Origin: Acidimicrobiia bacterium
GTDB lineage: Bacteria > Actinomycetota > Acidimicrobiia > IMCC26256 > JAGNEX01
Assembly: GCA_018003035.1 (NCBI GenBank)
Contig: JAGNEX010000007.1
Coordinates: 14,393-78,392, forward strand
Direction: 5' to 3'
Length of the DNA stretch: 64,000 nucleotides
Shown here: piece by piece, positions 1-9,706 of the stretch
Numbering within the stretch: position 1 is the stretch's first letter
Layout of the letters: each line of letters starts with the position of its first letter
Translations under genes and position numbers: made by a program
Notes under the pieces: model-generated
The model's database searches: none
What the model saw: only the letters and a program-made list of their open reading frames with translations
Told to the model about the DNA's origin: nothing

Positions 1-2
1 AG

Positions 3-1313
3 GTGGTTCGTGCCGCGAGCGCACACATGGAACGGCCGCTGAATGCGATCCTTACCTTCGGCAGCGAACTGGCAGCCGCCTGTGAAGCCCAGACCGACGC
101 TCGCCCCGAGGCCACCGACCGGAGTGCCGACAACCATTACATCCTCTACACCGGGGGCACGACCGGTATGCCCAAGGGCGTGGTCTGGCGGCACGAAGAC
201 ATCTTCTTCGGAGCGCTCGGAGGCGGTGGCGTGCCGCGGCAGGGCTTTCCGGCCTTAACCGATCCGGCCGATGCAGGCCGCTGGGCCGAGATGGGCAACC
301 CCGTACGGGTCAGGATGCCGCTGTGCCCACTAATCCACGGGGGTGCGCAATGGGTAGCGCTCACCACGATCTTGTCGGGAGGCACCCTGGTCCTTGCGAC
401 CGACCGTTCGTTCGACGGTGCAACTGCGTGGTCCTTGGCCGAACGGTACGCGGTGGAACTGATCATGGTGATCGGCGACGCCGTGGCACGCCCACTGCTC
501 GACTCGCTCGGACCGACACGCCACCGGCCACTGGGCAATTTGCGTTTCATCTCTTCTTCGGGCGCGCCATTGACCGAGCGGGTCCGAGAAGAGTTGACCG
601 CGGCACTCCCCCAGGTTCGAATTCTCGACCGCTATGGGGCCTCGGAAACGGGTGGACATGGCCGGATTCTTGAGCCCGATGCCTCTGGTCGGCTGCGATT
701 ACGAGGCGATGCCACGACCGCGGTGATCGATGACGATGGTCGTCCTGTACTCCCAGGTTCGTCCACCGTTGGCCTGCTGGCCCGTCGAGGCCACATCCCG
801 CTCGAGTACTGGAACGATCCCGCTAAAACCGCGACAACCTTTCCGGTCCATCACGGCGTCCGCTGGGCGGTGCCGGGCGACCAGGCGCTCGTCGAAGCCG
901 ACGGCACCATCGTCGTCCTCGGTCGCGGTTCGATGGTGATCAACACAGGCGGCGAGAAGGTCTTTCCCGAAGAGGTCGAAGCGGTCATCAAACAACTTCC
1001 CGAGGTCAACGATTGTCTGGTGGTCGGCCTGCCGGACGAACGCTTTGGGCAACGAGTCGTCGCCGTCCTCTCGCTTCGAGACGTCGACTCTGGTTCGTAC
1101 GGCACCAGCTCCCTTCGCCGCGACTCGGTTGAGCCCGGGGCCGATGGTAGCGACGGGTACAACGCCGACCGGGTGAGGGCACATTGCCGAACCCAGCTCG
1201 CCGGCTACAAGGTCCCGAAAGCCTTCGTCGTGGTCGACCACGTGGAAAGAAAGATCACCGGGAAGGCGGACTACGCGTGGGCTCGCCAGGCGGCGAGCCG
1301 ATCGGGCGTCTGA
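3..1313 (+). CDS. AMP-dependent acyl-CoA synthetase/ligase (FadD-like), 5' end cut by window edge
   Basis: ORF open to the window start. YTGGTTGMPKGV AMP-binding motif, GEKVFPEEVE and C-terminal GYKVPK are typical of adenylate-forming ligases. Confidence 0.9.
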   Translation: MVRAASAHMERPLNAILTFGSELAAACEAQTDARPEATDRSADNHYILYTGGTTGMPKGVVWRHEDIFFGALGGGGVPRQGFPALTDPADAGRWAEMGNPVRVRMPLCPLIHGGAQWVALTTILSGGTLVLATDRSFDGATAWSLAERYAVELIMVIGDAVARPLLDSLGPTRHRPLGNLRFISSSGAPLTERVREELTAALPQVRILDRYGASETGGHGRILEPDASGRLRLRGDATTAVIDDDGRPVLPGSSTVGLLARRGHIPLEYWNDPAKTATTFPVHHGVRWAVPGDQALVEADGTIVVLGRGSMVINTGGEKVFPEEVEAVIKQLPEVNDCLVVGLPDERFGQRVVAVLSLRDVDSGSYGTSSLRRDSVEPGADGSDGYNADRVRAHCRTQLAGYKVPKAFVVVDHVERKITGKADYAWARQAASRSGV

Positions 1314-1509
1314 CGACCTCCTGCTCAGCGCCCGTGTAACAACGAACGCGCTCTGCCGCAAGGACCCAGAAAGCATTTTCTGCCAGGGCATTTGCGCGAC
1401 TGACCGGCCTGCTGGCTGTATTGACGTGCTGCTAAAACTCGTGAAACCCTGTCGCCAATCACCGCGTCCGGCCGACGAGGGCACGCGGACACTGTTCTTG
1501 GGAGGCCCT

Positions 1510-2640
1510 ATGTCTACTCGTACCTACCAGCTGCCCGTTGAAGAGACGCGCTGGCATATCCCCGCCCACGGAGCTGACACCGTGTTCAGCTGGGAGTATG
1601 ACGAAGGCCGGGACCGGCTCTTGCACCTGTATGAAAAGGGCAAGGACCGCCAGTGGAACGCTCAGCACCGGATCGACTGGTCCACCGACATCGACTTCAG
1701 CGCACAGACGCTGATGCCCGACTTTCAGGTGCCGATCTTCGGGTCACCGCTCTGGGACAAGCTGTCCCGCCAAGAAAAGGATGACCTTCGCAAGCACGCC
1801 GGTAGCTGGTTGTTTTCGCAGTTCCTGCACGGCGAACAGGGTGCGCTGGTCTGCGGCGCCAAGATCGTTTCGACGGTGCCCGATATCGACTCAAAGTTCT
1901 ACGCATCCACCCAGGTCATCGATGAGGCCCGACACTGTGAGACCTTCGCCAAGTTCTTGAACGAGAAGATGGAGATGACCTATCCCATCAACCGGCACCT
2001 CAAGACCCTGCTCGACCAGACGATCGGCGACGAACGCTGGGACTTCACCTACCTGGGCATGCAGATCATGGTTGAAGGAGTGGCGCTTGGTGCGTTCGGC
2101 GTCGTGCGCGACCTCACCGAAGAACCGCTGGTCAAGAGCATGAACGCCTACATCATGGCCGACGAGGCCCGCCACGTGGCATTTGGGATCCTGGCCTTGC
2201 AGGACGCCTACGCCGACCTCACCCAAGCCGAGAAGGACGAGCGCGAAGAGTTTGTCGTCGAAGCGTCGTACCTGTTGCGCGACCGCTTCCTCGCCGAAGA
2301 AGTTTGGGAGAACCTCGATCTGCCCACTGAGGAATGCATGGAGTACGTGCGGCAGTCACCGTGGATGGCCGAATACCGACGCCAACTGTTCAGCCGGATT
2401 GTGCCTAACGTCAAGCGGATCGGGCTGTGGGGCGACAAGGTGCAAAAGGCCTACGAAGAGATGGGGGTCTTGCACTTTCAAGATGCAGAGCCCGAAGAGT
2501 TGCTGGGCCGCGACGAAGTGTTGGCCGAAGAGATCGAACGGGCCATCGCATCCACGAAAGAAACTGGCGCCATTCCTGCCGACTTGGTCGACACCCGTGC
2601 CGGGGAGATCGCCGAAACGATTGCCGCGGGCGCCGAGTAG
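1510..2640 (+). CDS. Ferritin-like diiron-carboxylate oxygenase (AurF-like family)
   Basis: Two E...ExxH ligand sets (HGEQG...DEARHCETF and MVEGVA...ADEARHVAF). ATG at 1510 lies 4 nt after GGGAGG (1500-1505). The ORF-track start at 1426 is discounted. Confidence 0.8.
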   Translation: MSTRTYQLPVEETRWHIPAHGADTVFSWEYDEGRDRLLHLYEKGKDRQWNAQHRIDWSTDIDFSAQTLMPDFQVPIFGSPLWDKLSRQEKDDLRKHAGSWLFSQFLHGEQGALVCGAKIVSTVPDIDSKFYASTQVIDEARHCETFAKFLNEKMEMTYPINRHLKTLLDQTIGDERWDFTYLGMQIMVEGVALGAFGVVRDLTEEPLVKSMNAYIMADEARHVAFGILALQDAYADLTQAEKDEREEFVVEASYLLRDRFLAEEVWENLDLPTEECMEYVRQSPWMAEYRRQLFSRIVPNVKRIGLWGDKVQKAYEEMGVLHFQDAEPEELLGRDEVLAEEIERAIASTKETGAIPADLVDTRAGEIAETIAAGAE

Positions 2641-2715
2641 CGGGCGACAACCGCCCACCAGCCCCACGCGTCTGTCTCTATAACCGTCCAACGCACAAGG
2701 GAGCCGTAACCCGCC

Positions 2716-4227
2716 GTGGGCAACTCTGGTTCAGTTCCGTCCAACTCCTCACCGTCCAGCGCGCCATCTGATCTGTCATTCTTAGAAAGCAAACTCCTGA
2801 TTGCCGGTGAGCTCAGGCCAGCCACTTCGGGCGCTTCCTACGCTGACATCAATCCTGCGACGGCAGAGCCGTTCGCGGAGGCAGCGGACGGTTCGATCGA
2901 CGATCTGGACCAGGCAATAGCGTCGTGCTCTGACGCGTTTGAGCACACCGAATGGGCGACCGATCCGGCATTTCGGGCTCACTGCCTGCGACAACTACAC
3001 AGCCTGTGCGTCGAGTACAGAGAGCTGTGGCGACAGCTGACCGTCGCCGAGGTCGGCGCTCCGCTCGCTTTGACCTACGGCGCCCAACTCAACGACCCGA
3101 TCGAAGGACTCGCCTGGGTTGCTGACCTGGTCGATCGGTACGAATGGGAGCAGAGCCTCGGCGTCGCCAAACCATTCGGTATCGCAACGGACCGGATCGC
3201 TCGCCGCGAACCCGCTGGCGTTGTCGGAGCGATCACCCCTTGGAACTTCCCCAACCAGATCAACATCGCAAAAGTCGCTCCTGCGCTAGGGGCAGGCTGC
3301 ACGGTCGTTCTCAAACCCGCGCCGGACACACCGCTGACGGGCGTGTTTCTCGGCTGGCTGGCCGCGCAGACCGATATGCCACCGGGTGTCCTCAACGTCG
3401 TCACGGGTTCAGACCCCGCGCTCGGCGCGCCGCTTTCGACCGATGAACGCGTCGCGATGGTGTCCTTTACCGGGTCGACCGCGACAGGCCGGGTTGTCAT
3501 GGAAGCAGCGTCAGCATCGGTCAAACCGGTCTTCCTCGAACTCGGCGGCAAATCTGCCTTCGTTGTCTTAGACGATGCCGACCTGGCCAGCGCCGCGGGG
3601 CTTGCCGGGCTGACGGTCTGCACTCATGCCGGGCAGGGCTGTGCCATCACGACACGGATACTGCTACCCCGGGATCGTTACGAGGAGGGTGTCGAACTGG
3701 TCGCCGCCACGATGACGGCAATGGGGCCGGGCGACCCGAACGATCCCAGCATCATGTTTGGACCGGTCATCAGCGAACGACAGCGCCAACGGGTGCTGTC
3801 GTACGTCGACCTCGGCAAAGACGAAGGCGCCCGTCTGGTTATCGGTGGCGGCACCCCGCCAGATCTGCCGGGTTTCTATGTGCAACCGACGCTTTTCGCC
3901 GACGTCACCAACGATATGCGAATCGCCCGGGAAGAGATCTTTGGGCCGGTCATGGTTGCGATCCCCTACGACGGCGACGACGAGGCGGTAGCCATCGCCA
4001 ACGACTCTCCCTACGGGCTGTCGGGCAGCGTCTTTAGCGCCGATACTGAACACGCGATGGCCGTCGCCCGCCGCATCCGGACAGGCACCGTGTCGGTGAA
4101 CGGAGGCATCTGGTACGGCCATGACGTCCCGTTCGGCGGGTACAAACAGTCCGGCATCGGACGCGAGATGGGGGTCGCCGGCTTCGAGGAGTACCTCCAG
4201 ACCAAGGTCATCGCAGTTGCCGTCTGA
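2716..4227 (+). CDS. NAD(P)-dependent aldehyde dehydrogenase
   Basis: FTGSTATGRVV, ELGGKSAFVV (catalytic Glu context), GQGCAITTR (catalytic Cys context), EEIFGPV. GTG 2716 is the longest-ORF start; the exact start is uncertain. Confidence 0.9.
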   Translation: MGNSGSVPSNSSPSSAPSDLSFLESKLLIAGELRPATSGASYADINPATAEPFAEAADGSIDDLDQAIASCSDAFEHTEWATDPAFRAHCLRQLHSLCVEYRELWRQLTVAEVGAPLALTYGAQLNDPIEGLAWVADLVDRYEWEQSLGVAKPFGIATDRIARREPAGVVGAITPWNFPNQINIAKVAPALGAGCTVVLKPAPDTPLTGVFLGWLAAQTDMPPGVLNVVTGSDPALGAPLSTDERVAMVSFTGSTATGRVVMEAASASVKPVFLELGGKSAFVVLDDADLASAAGLAGLTVCTHAGQGCAITTRILLPRDRYEEGVELVAATMTAMGPGDPNDPSIMFGPVISERQRQRVLSYVDLGKDEGARLVIGGGTPPDLPGFYVQPTLFADVTNDMRIAREEIFGPVMVAIPYDGDDEAVAIANDSPYGLSGSVFSADTEHAMAVARRIRTGTVSVNGGIWYGHDVPFGGYKQSGIGREMGVAGFEEYLQTKVIAVAV

Positions 4228-4231
4228 CCCG

Positions 4232-5092
4232 ATGGCCGAGCGCTGCGCTCTGGTCACCGGCGCCTCGTCGGGCATCGGGCGCGTAGTGGTCGAACGGCTG
4301 CTCGACGCCGGCTGGAAAGTTGCTGCTGCGGCACGGCGGTTGGACCGATTGCAAGAAATCGGCAAGACCGCTGTCGGCGCTCCCGGGGAACTCCTGGCGA
4401 TCGCGATGGATGTCACCCAGCCCGACCAGGTGGCAGACGGTTTCGCCGCGTGCCTGGAACGGTGGGGCCGTTCGCCAGGGCTTGTGGTCTCAAACGCTGG
4501 CGTATCTTCGCCTGGACTGCTTGCTGACCTGGCGCCCGCGTTGATCCACGGCGACATCTTGACCAATCTCGCAGGACCCGCGGTCGTCGCACACCACGCG
4601 CTCAAGGCGTGGGAGGAAAGAACCTGCCCGACGCTCGATCTGGTCTTCGTCACGTCGGATGCTGCACCGCACCCCCGCCCATTTCAGGCGGCATATTCAG
4701 CAGCGAAGATGGGCACAGAACACTTGGCCAGGGTTTTGGCGATGGAATACGACGACCCCTCGGTGCGGATCTCGGTCGTTCGCCCAGGCGCCACTATTTC
4801 GGACTTTGCTGCTAGCTGGGTGTCCGTCGACTTTGAACGCGTTATCGCCCTCTGGCGGAAATGGGGTTTGCAGCAGCACCTCGACGCGCTCGACCCCTCG
4901 GTGGTCGCGGACGCCATCGTCTGGGTCGCGACCCAACCTCCAGGCGCCCACGTTCCGATCCTCGAAGTACAGCCACGCCCCCCGGTCCGAGCGGGCCGCG
5001 CGGTGGGCGCCGAGACCGATGGTCCCCACCCCGACATCACATCGAACCAGCGGGTGACCCGCAAAGCGGTCGACCCCCGAAGGGCCAGATAG
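4232..5092 (+). CDS. Short-chain dehydrogenase/reductase (classical SDR)
   Basis: VTGASSGIGR (TGxxxGxG) and YSAAK (YxxxK). ATG 4232 is 4 nt after the ALDH stop. The upstream part of the ORF (from 4121) overlaps the ALDH and is discounted. Confidence 0.85.
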   Translation: MAERCALVTGASSGIGRVVVERLLDAGWKVAAAARRLDRLQEIGKTAVGAPGELLAIAMDVTQPDQVADGFAACLERWGRSPGLVVSNAGVSSPGLLADLAPALIHGDILTNLAGPAVVAHHALKAWEERTCPTLDLVFVTSDAAPHPRPFQAAYSAAKMGTEHLARVLAMEYDDPSVRISVVRPGATISDFAASWVSVDFERVIALWRKWGLQQHLDALDPSVVADAIVWVATQPPGAHVPILEVQPRPPVRAGRAVGAETDGPHPDITSNQRVTRKAVDPRRAR

Positions 5093-5177
5093 CCGGCCCG
5101 CTTCCCGCGGTGCCTCTCAGAACGAACATCCACCTTCGACGGAGACATTCGTCGGGACAACGTCACAGGAGCCTCCC

Positions 5178-5930
5178 ATGGCAAACCTCACCGGAAAGAC
5201 CGTCATCGTGACCGGCGCCGCCCAGGGTATCGGCGCGGTGTATGCCCAGAGTTTTGCCCGCGACGGCGCCAACGTGGTCGTGGCTGACCTTCGCTCCGAA
5301 GCAGCGGAAGCCGTCGCAGAAGGGATTCGTGCCGACGGTGGAAACGCAGTCGCGGTCAGCGTCGACGTCTCGGATCAAGACTCGGCCAACGCCATGGCGA
5401 CTGCGACGTTGGATGCGTTCGGCTCGATCGATGGTCTCGTGAACAACGCGGCGATCTACCACGACATGGAACTCGACGCCCTGATCTCTGTGGATTGGGA
5501 CTACCTGCAGCGGTTCATGTCGGTCAACATGTTCGGCGCTTTGGTGTGTGCCCGGGCGGTTGTATCCGCCATGCGGAAAGCAGGCGGGGGCAGCATCGTC
5601 AATCAATCCTCGACGGCCTCGTGGATGTATTCCGGCTTTTACGGGCTGGCCAAGGTCGGCATCAATGGCATCACCCACCAACTCGCCCACGAACTGGGAC
5701 ACGGCGGTATTCGGGTCAACGCCATAGCGCCGGGACCGATCGATACCGAAGCTACCCGCAAGATCGTTCCCGAGTCGATGGTTCAGCCCATGGTTGCCGC
5801 TTTGGCGATCAAACGTTTGGGAACACCCGAAGATCTCGCTGGCCTTTGCAGCTTTTTGCTCTCCGATGAATCTGCGTGGGTCACCGGCCAAATCATCAAC
5901 GTAGATGGCGGCCAAGTGCTTCGCGGCTAG
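5178..5930 (+). CDS. SDR, FabG-like 3-oxoacyl reductase family
   Basis: VTGAAQGIG, NNAA, YGLAKVG (YxxxK), PGPIDT. AGGAGCC lies upstream of the ATG. Confidence 0.9.
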   Translation: MANLTGKTVIVTGAAQGIGAVYAQSFARDGANVVVADLRSEAAEAVAEGIRADGGNAVAVSVDVSDQDSANAMATATLDAFGSIDGLVNNAAIYHDMELDALISVDWDYLQRFMSVNMFGALVCARAVVSAMRKAGGGSIVNQSSTASWMYSGFYGLAKVGINGITHQLAHELGHGGIRVNAIAPGPIDTEATRKIVPESMVQPMVAALAIKRLGTPEDLAGLCSFLLSDESAWVTGQIINVDGGQVLRG

Positions 5931-6023
5931 GAAGCGATCATCGCAGGTCAGCCCAGCCACGGACGCTCCAACCGGCGGGCCGGGAGCGCAATGTGGCGGC
6001 CAGCGCAACCTCTAAAGTGAACA

Positions 6024-6080
6024 GATCGTTACAACAGAAACCGCGCGTTTGCCGTGCTAGCGGCGCTGATCGTTTCAACA
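6024..6080. repeat. Direct repeat GATCGTT(A/T)CAACA x2, 44-bp spacing, in the AT-enriched leader of the GGDEF-EAL gene
   Basis: 6024-6036 and 6068-6080 (12/13 identical). An inverted, 1-nt-expanded copy (GATGCGTTACAAG on the minus strand) lies at 6145-6157. Confidence 0.5.
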
Positions 6081-6304
6081 TTAGGAAAGGTCGCAAAATC
6101 TATAGTGCACAAGCCGCAACTCCATCACTAGTATCGCTAGCACACTTGTAACGCATCTGGCGCTGGCCCTTATTTCTGAAGGCCGCTCCGAAAGGTTCAG
6201 ACTCCGTCTTTTGGCGGCTGACCGGGCCGACCGACCGGAGCTCTTGCTCCGCTCCGGTCACGTGTGGTGCGTGGACGCTGAGGACTATCGGTACAGGAGC
6301 AGCC

Positions 6305-9300
6305 ATGGGACGAAGTCGCTGGCCCATGGGCCTCCGGCTCCGAAATCTCCGAATCGGCCCCAAGCTGGCGCTGCTGTCCCTCGTGCCGACGATGGCGTTT
6401 TTGGTCTATGCGGTCCCCGACACCATCGCCGAACGCCAGAAGGTCACCGCTGTTCGCGATTACTCGAACGTCCTCGACCTCAGCGTCGAAGTGATGTCCG
6501 CATTAGGCAACGAACGATTCGCTGCGATCGACCAGGCCGGATTGTCGCCGACCGCAACCCCAGCGGAGCGACAAGCCGCGGCAGAGGAGGTCAAGCGGTC
6601 GCGGGCCGAGACCGATAAAGCCCTGGAAGATTTCGCCAAGAACGTCGATGGCTCCGCGTTTGAGCGAGCGGTCGACGTCCCGGTTGAGCGGGTACTCGAA
6701 GGTGGCGAAAACAGTTGGACCGGACTGGTCATCCAAGCCCGGACGGCCTCTGACGAAGCCTTGGCCAGGAAGCCGGTCACCGTCCGGACCCCGGCGGAAC
6801 CGCGAGACATCGCCGAAGCCGCGGCCGACGCTGCCATTGGCGACGATCGGGAAGCGCCTCAAGCCGGAGTGCCTGGGGAAACTCCGGTCGGCGCCGCCGG
6901 AGAGTCAAGCCAAGAGGTGCAACAAGGTGACGACGGTGCGGTGTACACCATCAGCGCTGTCACCGTCAGCGAGCAGTATCAAAGCGCAACCGAAAGCGTG
7001 GGATCTGTCGTCGAGGAACTGCTGGCCTCGCTGCCCTCCAACCGGCTGGTCTCCATCGGACGCGCCGCTGTCCAGTTCGGCCGTCTGGTCACCGTGTTTC
7101 AGGAGCGACACGAATGGGCGGTAGCGATCGCACAGGAACTCGCCCTCGAATCCGACGAGCTCGACACATTCCTGATGTCGCGCGAGCAGTCCACCCAGTA
7201 CGGAGCCATCCAGGCCGTCATCGACGAAATCTCAGCCGACATCACCGTCGCCAACGACGACGACGCACGCGACCTCTGGCGGAATCGCAACACCCAAGGC
7301 GCTCTCGAAGCCGCCCATCAAGAGTTCAAGTCTGCCGAAACAATGCCACTCCAGATCCGTACCGGACGCTGGAACACGGTGTCGCGAGCTTCGATTGAAA
7401 TGGCACGCGGCCTGTTTGACCAGCAGCTCGAAGCGGTCAGACAGGCGGCGGACAACGAGAACGCCCAGGCGAAACGGTCCGAGATCAGGAACCTCCTGTT
7501 CATGATCTTCGTAGTGTCCGCGACGTTGGTGTTGGTCTGGTTTTCTCGCCGTGGAATCGTTCGTCCCCTCCAGGACGTCGCCACCGCGGCCCGCTCACTC
7601 GCTTCGGGACGGCGCCCACCACCGGTCCAGTACGAAAGCCAGGACGAGATTGGACTGGTGGCGCATTCGTTTCGGTCACTCAGCCAAACCATGACGTCGC
7701 TTCTCGACGAGACACGCCGGCTGAACACCGCAATCCGCAACGGCGCGTTCGATGTCCAAGGCGACGTCGGCGACTTTGACGGCGACTGGGCTGAACTGGT
7801 GCGGACCATGAATCACTCACTGCGGCGATTCTCGATGTTCAACGCGACGATCACCGGGGAGGCACGCCGCCAGGTTGTGGTGGCCCACCTCGGCGCCGAA
7901 GCGCTTGCCGGCATGCCGATGTCTCAGCTCTATGAGCAGGCCGTGCACAGCATCGTCGAGTCGATGGGCTGGACTCGGGCCGATCTCTATGAGTTCGGAG
8001 CCGACCGCACCCAGCTGATCCGGAGGGCCACTACACAGGTGCACCCCGCCTCCGAAGTAGATCAGCAACTGCTGCCGAATGATCAGATCGCAGCGATCGA
8101 CGCCTATTCAGGTCCGACCACCCCGCTGCACCCCAACATGGTGACCGCAATGCTCGCCACCATCGAGCACCGTGACGGCATCCTGGGCTTTGTCATTGTT
8201 GAAAGCGACGAAGAAGTCGAGATCACCGACGACAACGTCGCATTTCTCCAGCAGCTGACCCAGGTCATTTCGAACGCCCAACAGCGGCGAGCGGCAGAAG
8301 AGCACATCCGTTATCAGGCCAACCACGACGAACTCACAGGCCTACCCAACCGCAACCTGTTCGAACAACGCCTCCGCAAAGCAATGGCCTCGACGACGAC
8401 CATTCGCCGGGTCGCGATTGCGTTCATCGACGTCGACCGATTCAAGTTCGTCAACGACACCTACGGCCATGGCACCGGCGACCAGATCTTGCAGATGATC
8501 GCCATGCGGCTGCGCAGCCTCTGCCGGCCGGCCGATACCGTCGCCCGGTTTGGTGGCGACGAGTTCTTGGTGCTGTTCGAATGCTCACATCCCGTCGATC
8601 GCACACGCTTCGCCAAGCGGCTCGCGTCGGCCTTTGACGAGCCCTTTGTGCTCCCCGACCACACGATCCACCTGCGTGCATCGATCGGGATCGCCAACGC
8701 AGCAGACATCGACCTGACGCTCGAACATCGCGTGGTCCGCTCCGGCCACGACGGTGAAGACAACGCCACCGCCATCGCGCGGCGTTCCGAAACGCTGATC
8801 CGCGACGCAGACACAGCAATGTACGAGGCCAAACAGCACACCGAATCCCATATCTATGAGTTCGACACGGTCCTGCGTTCAAAGGTCGTCAAACGGGCCC
8901 AAATCGAACACAACCTCCGTGGGGCCATCCAGCGGCGCCAGCTCTCCCTTGAGTTCCAGGCGATCGTCGAAGCACGCACCGGTCGTCTTCACGGCTACGA
9001 GGCGTTGTGCCGATGGAGCCTTGACGGGGTCGGGCGGGTCTCCCCCAACGAGTTCATCCCGGTTGCCGAAGAGACCGGTTTGATCGCCGACATCGGCGAG
9101 TACGTCATTCGGCAAGCGGCTCAGGACTATCCGAGTCTGGCCGCGGGCACCACCCACGAACTCCCCGTGCTGGCGATCAACGTCTCGACCGCTCAGCTAA
9201 GCGACGAATCCTTCCCCGACCTGGTAGCTCGAACTCTCGACTCGACCCCGGTGCCGGCGAATCGCGTCGTGCTGGAGATCACGGAGACGGCGATGAGCCG

Positions 9301-9706
9301 CGACCCGAACATGTTCCGTTCGATGCTCGAGCGGCTGCGGGTACTTGGGGTGCAAATCTCGATCGACGACTTCGGGACCGGGTATTCGGCGTTCAGCTAC
9401 CTGACCGAACTCCCCGTTAACTCACTCAAGGTAGATCGCAGCTTCGTGGCGAGCATCGAGAAAAGCTCGACCGAAAAGGTGGTGGCGTCGACGGTTCTGA
9501 TGGCTCACGACCTCGGGCTCAGGGTCGTCGCCGAAGGCGTCGAAACCACGCGGCAGCTCGAACTGTTAACCGACCTCGGCTGCGATTACGTCCAGGGTTA
9601 CCTGTTTTCTCGACCCCTCACCCTGACCGAGCTCAGCAACCGAAGTATCGACCTTCGGGCGTCTTGGCTCTCCACGATCGACCCCCGCCTCGCCGCAGAG
9701 TATTAA
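6305..9706 (+). CDS. Membrane sensor diguanylate cyclase/phosphodiesterase: N-terminal sensor (NIT-like?) - TM - HAMP - GAF-like - GGDEF - EAL
   Basis: Two TM segments. HAMP-like RPLQDVATAARSLASG. DELTGLPNR...RPADTVARFGGDEFLV shows an RxxD I-site 5 residues before GGDEF. EAL domain motifs: YEALCRW, EITE, DDFGTGYS, KVDRSFV, AEGVET, QGYLFSRP. Confidence 0.9.
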   Translation: MGRSRWPMGLRLRNLRIGPKLALLSLVPTMAFLVYAVPDTIAERQKVTAVRDYSNVLDLSVEVMSALGNERFAAIDQAGLSPTATPAERQAAAEEVKRSRAETDKALEDFAKNVDGSAFERAVDVPVERVLEGGENSWTGLVIQARTASDEALARKPVTVRTPAEPRDIAEAAADAAIGDDREAPQAGVPGETPVGAAGESSQEVQQGDDGAVYTISAVTVSEQYQSATESVGSVVEELLASLPSNRLVSIGRAAVQFGRLVTVFQERHEWAVAIAQELALESDELDTFLMSREQSTQYGAIQAVIDEISADITVANDDDARDLWRNRNTQGALEAAHQEFKSAETMPLQIRTGRWNTVSRASIEMARGLFDQQLEAVRQAADNENAQAKRSEIRNLLFMIFVVSATLVLVWFSRRGIVRPLQDVATAARSLASGRRPPPVQYESQDEIGLVAHSFRSLSQTMTSLLDETRRLNTAIRNGAFDVQGDVGDFDGDWAELVRTMNHSLRRFSMFNATITGEARRQVVVAHLGAEALAGMPMSQLYEQAVHSIVESMGWTRADLYEFGADRTQLIRRATTQVHPASEVDQQLLPNDQIAAIDAYSGPTTPLHPNMVTAMLATIEHRDGILGFVIVESDEEVEITDDNVAFLQQLTQVISNAQQRRAAEEHIRYQANHDELTGLPNRNLFEQRLRKAMASTTTIRRVAIAFIDVDRFKFVNDTYGHGTGDQILQMIAMRLRSLCRPADTVARFGGDEFLVLFECSHPVDRTRFAKRLASAFDEPFVLPDHTIHLRASIGIANAADIDLTLEHRVVRSGHDGEDNATAIARRSETLIRDADTAMYEAKQHTESHIYEFDTVLRSKVVKRAQIEHNLRGAIQRRQLSLEFQAIVEARTGRLHGYEALCRWSLDGVGRVSPNEFIPVAEETGLIADIGEYVIRQAAQDYPSLAAGTTHELPVLAINVSTAQLSDESFPDLVARTLDSTPVPANRVVLEITETAMSRDPNMFRSMLERLRVLGVQISIDDFGTGYSAFSYLTELPVNSLKVDRSFVASIEKSSTEKVVASTVLMAHDLGLRVVAEGVETTRQLELLTDLGCDYVQGYLFSRPLTLTELSNRSIDLRASWLSTIDPRLAAEY

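Noticed and set aside
3664-4653. 329-aa minus-strand ORF
   Set aside because: Antisense to the ALDH and SDR genes, with no motifs. The same reasoning applies to 5163..6008(-), 11375..12490(+), 55306..56235(+), 62412..63182(-), 43082..43873(+), 699..1484(-) and 45477..46037(-).
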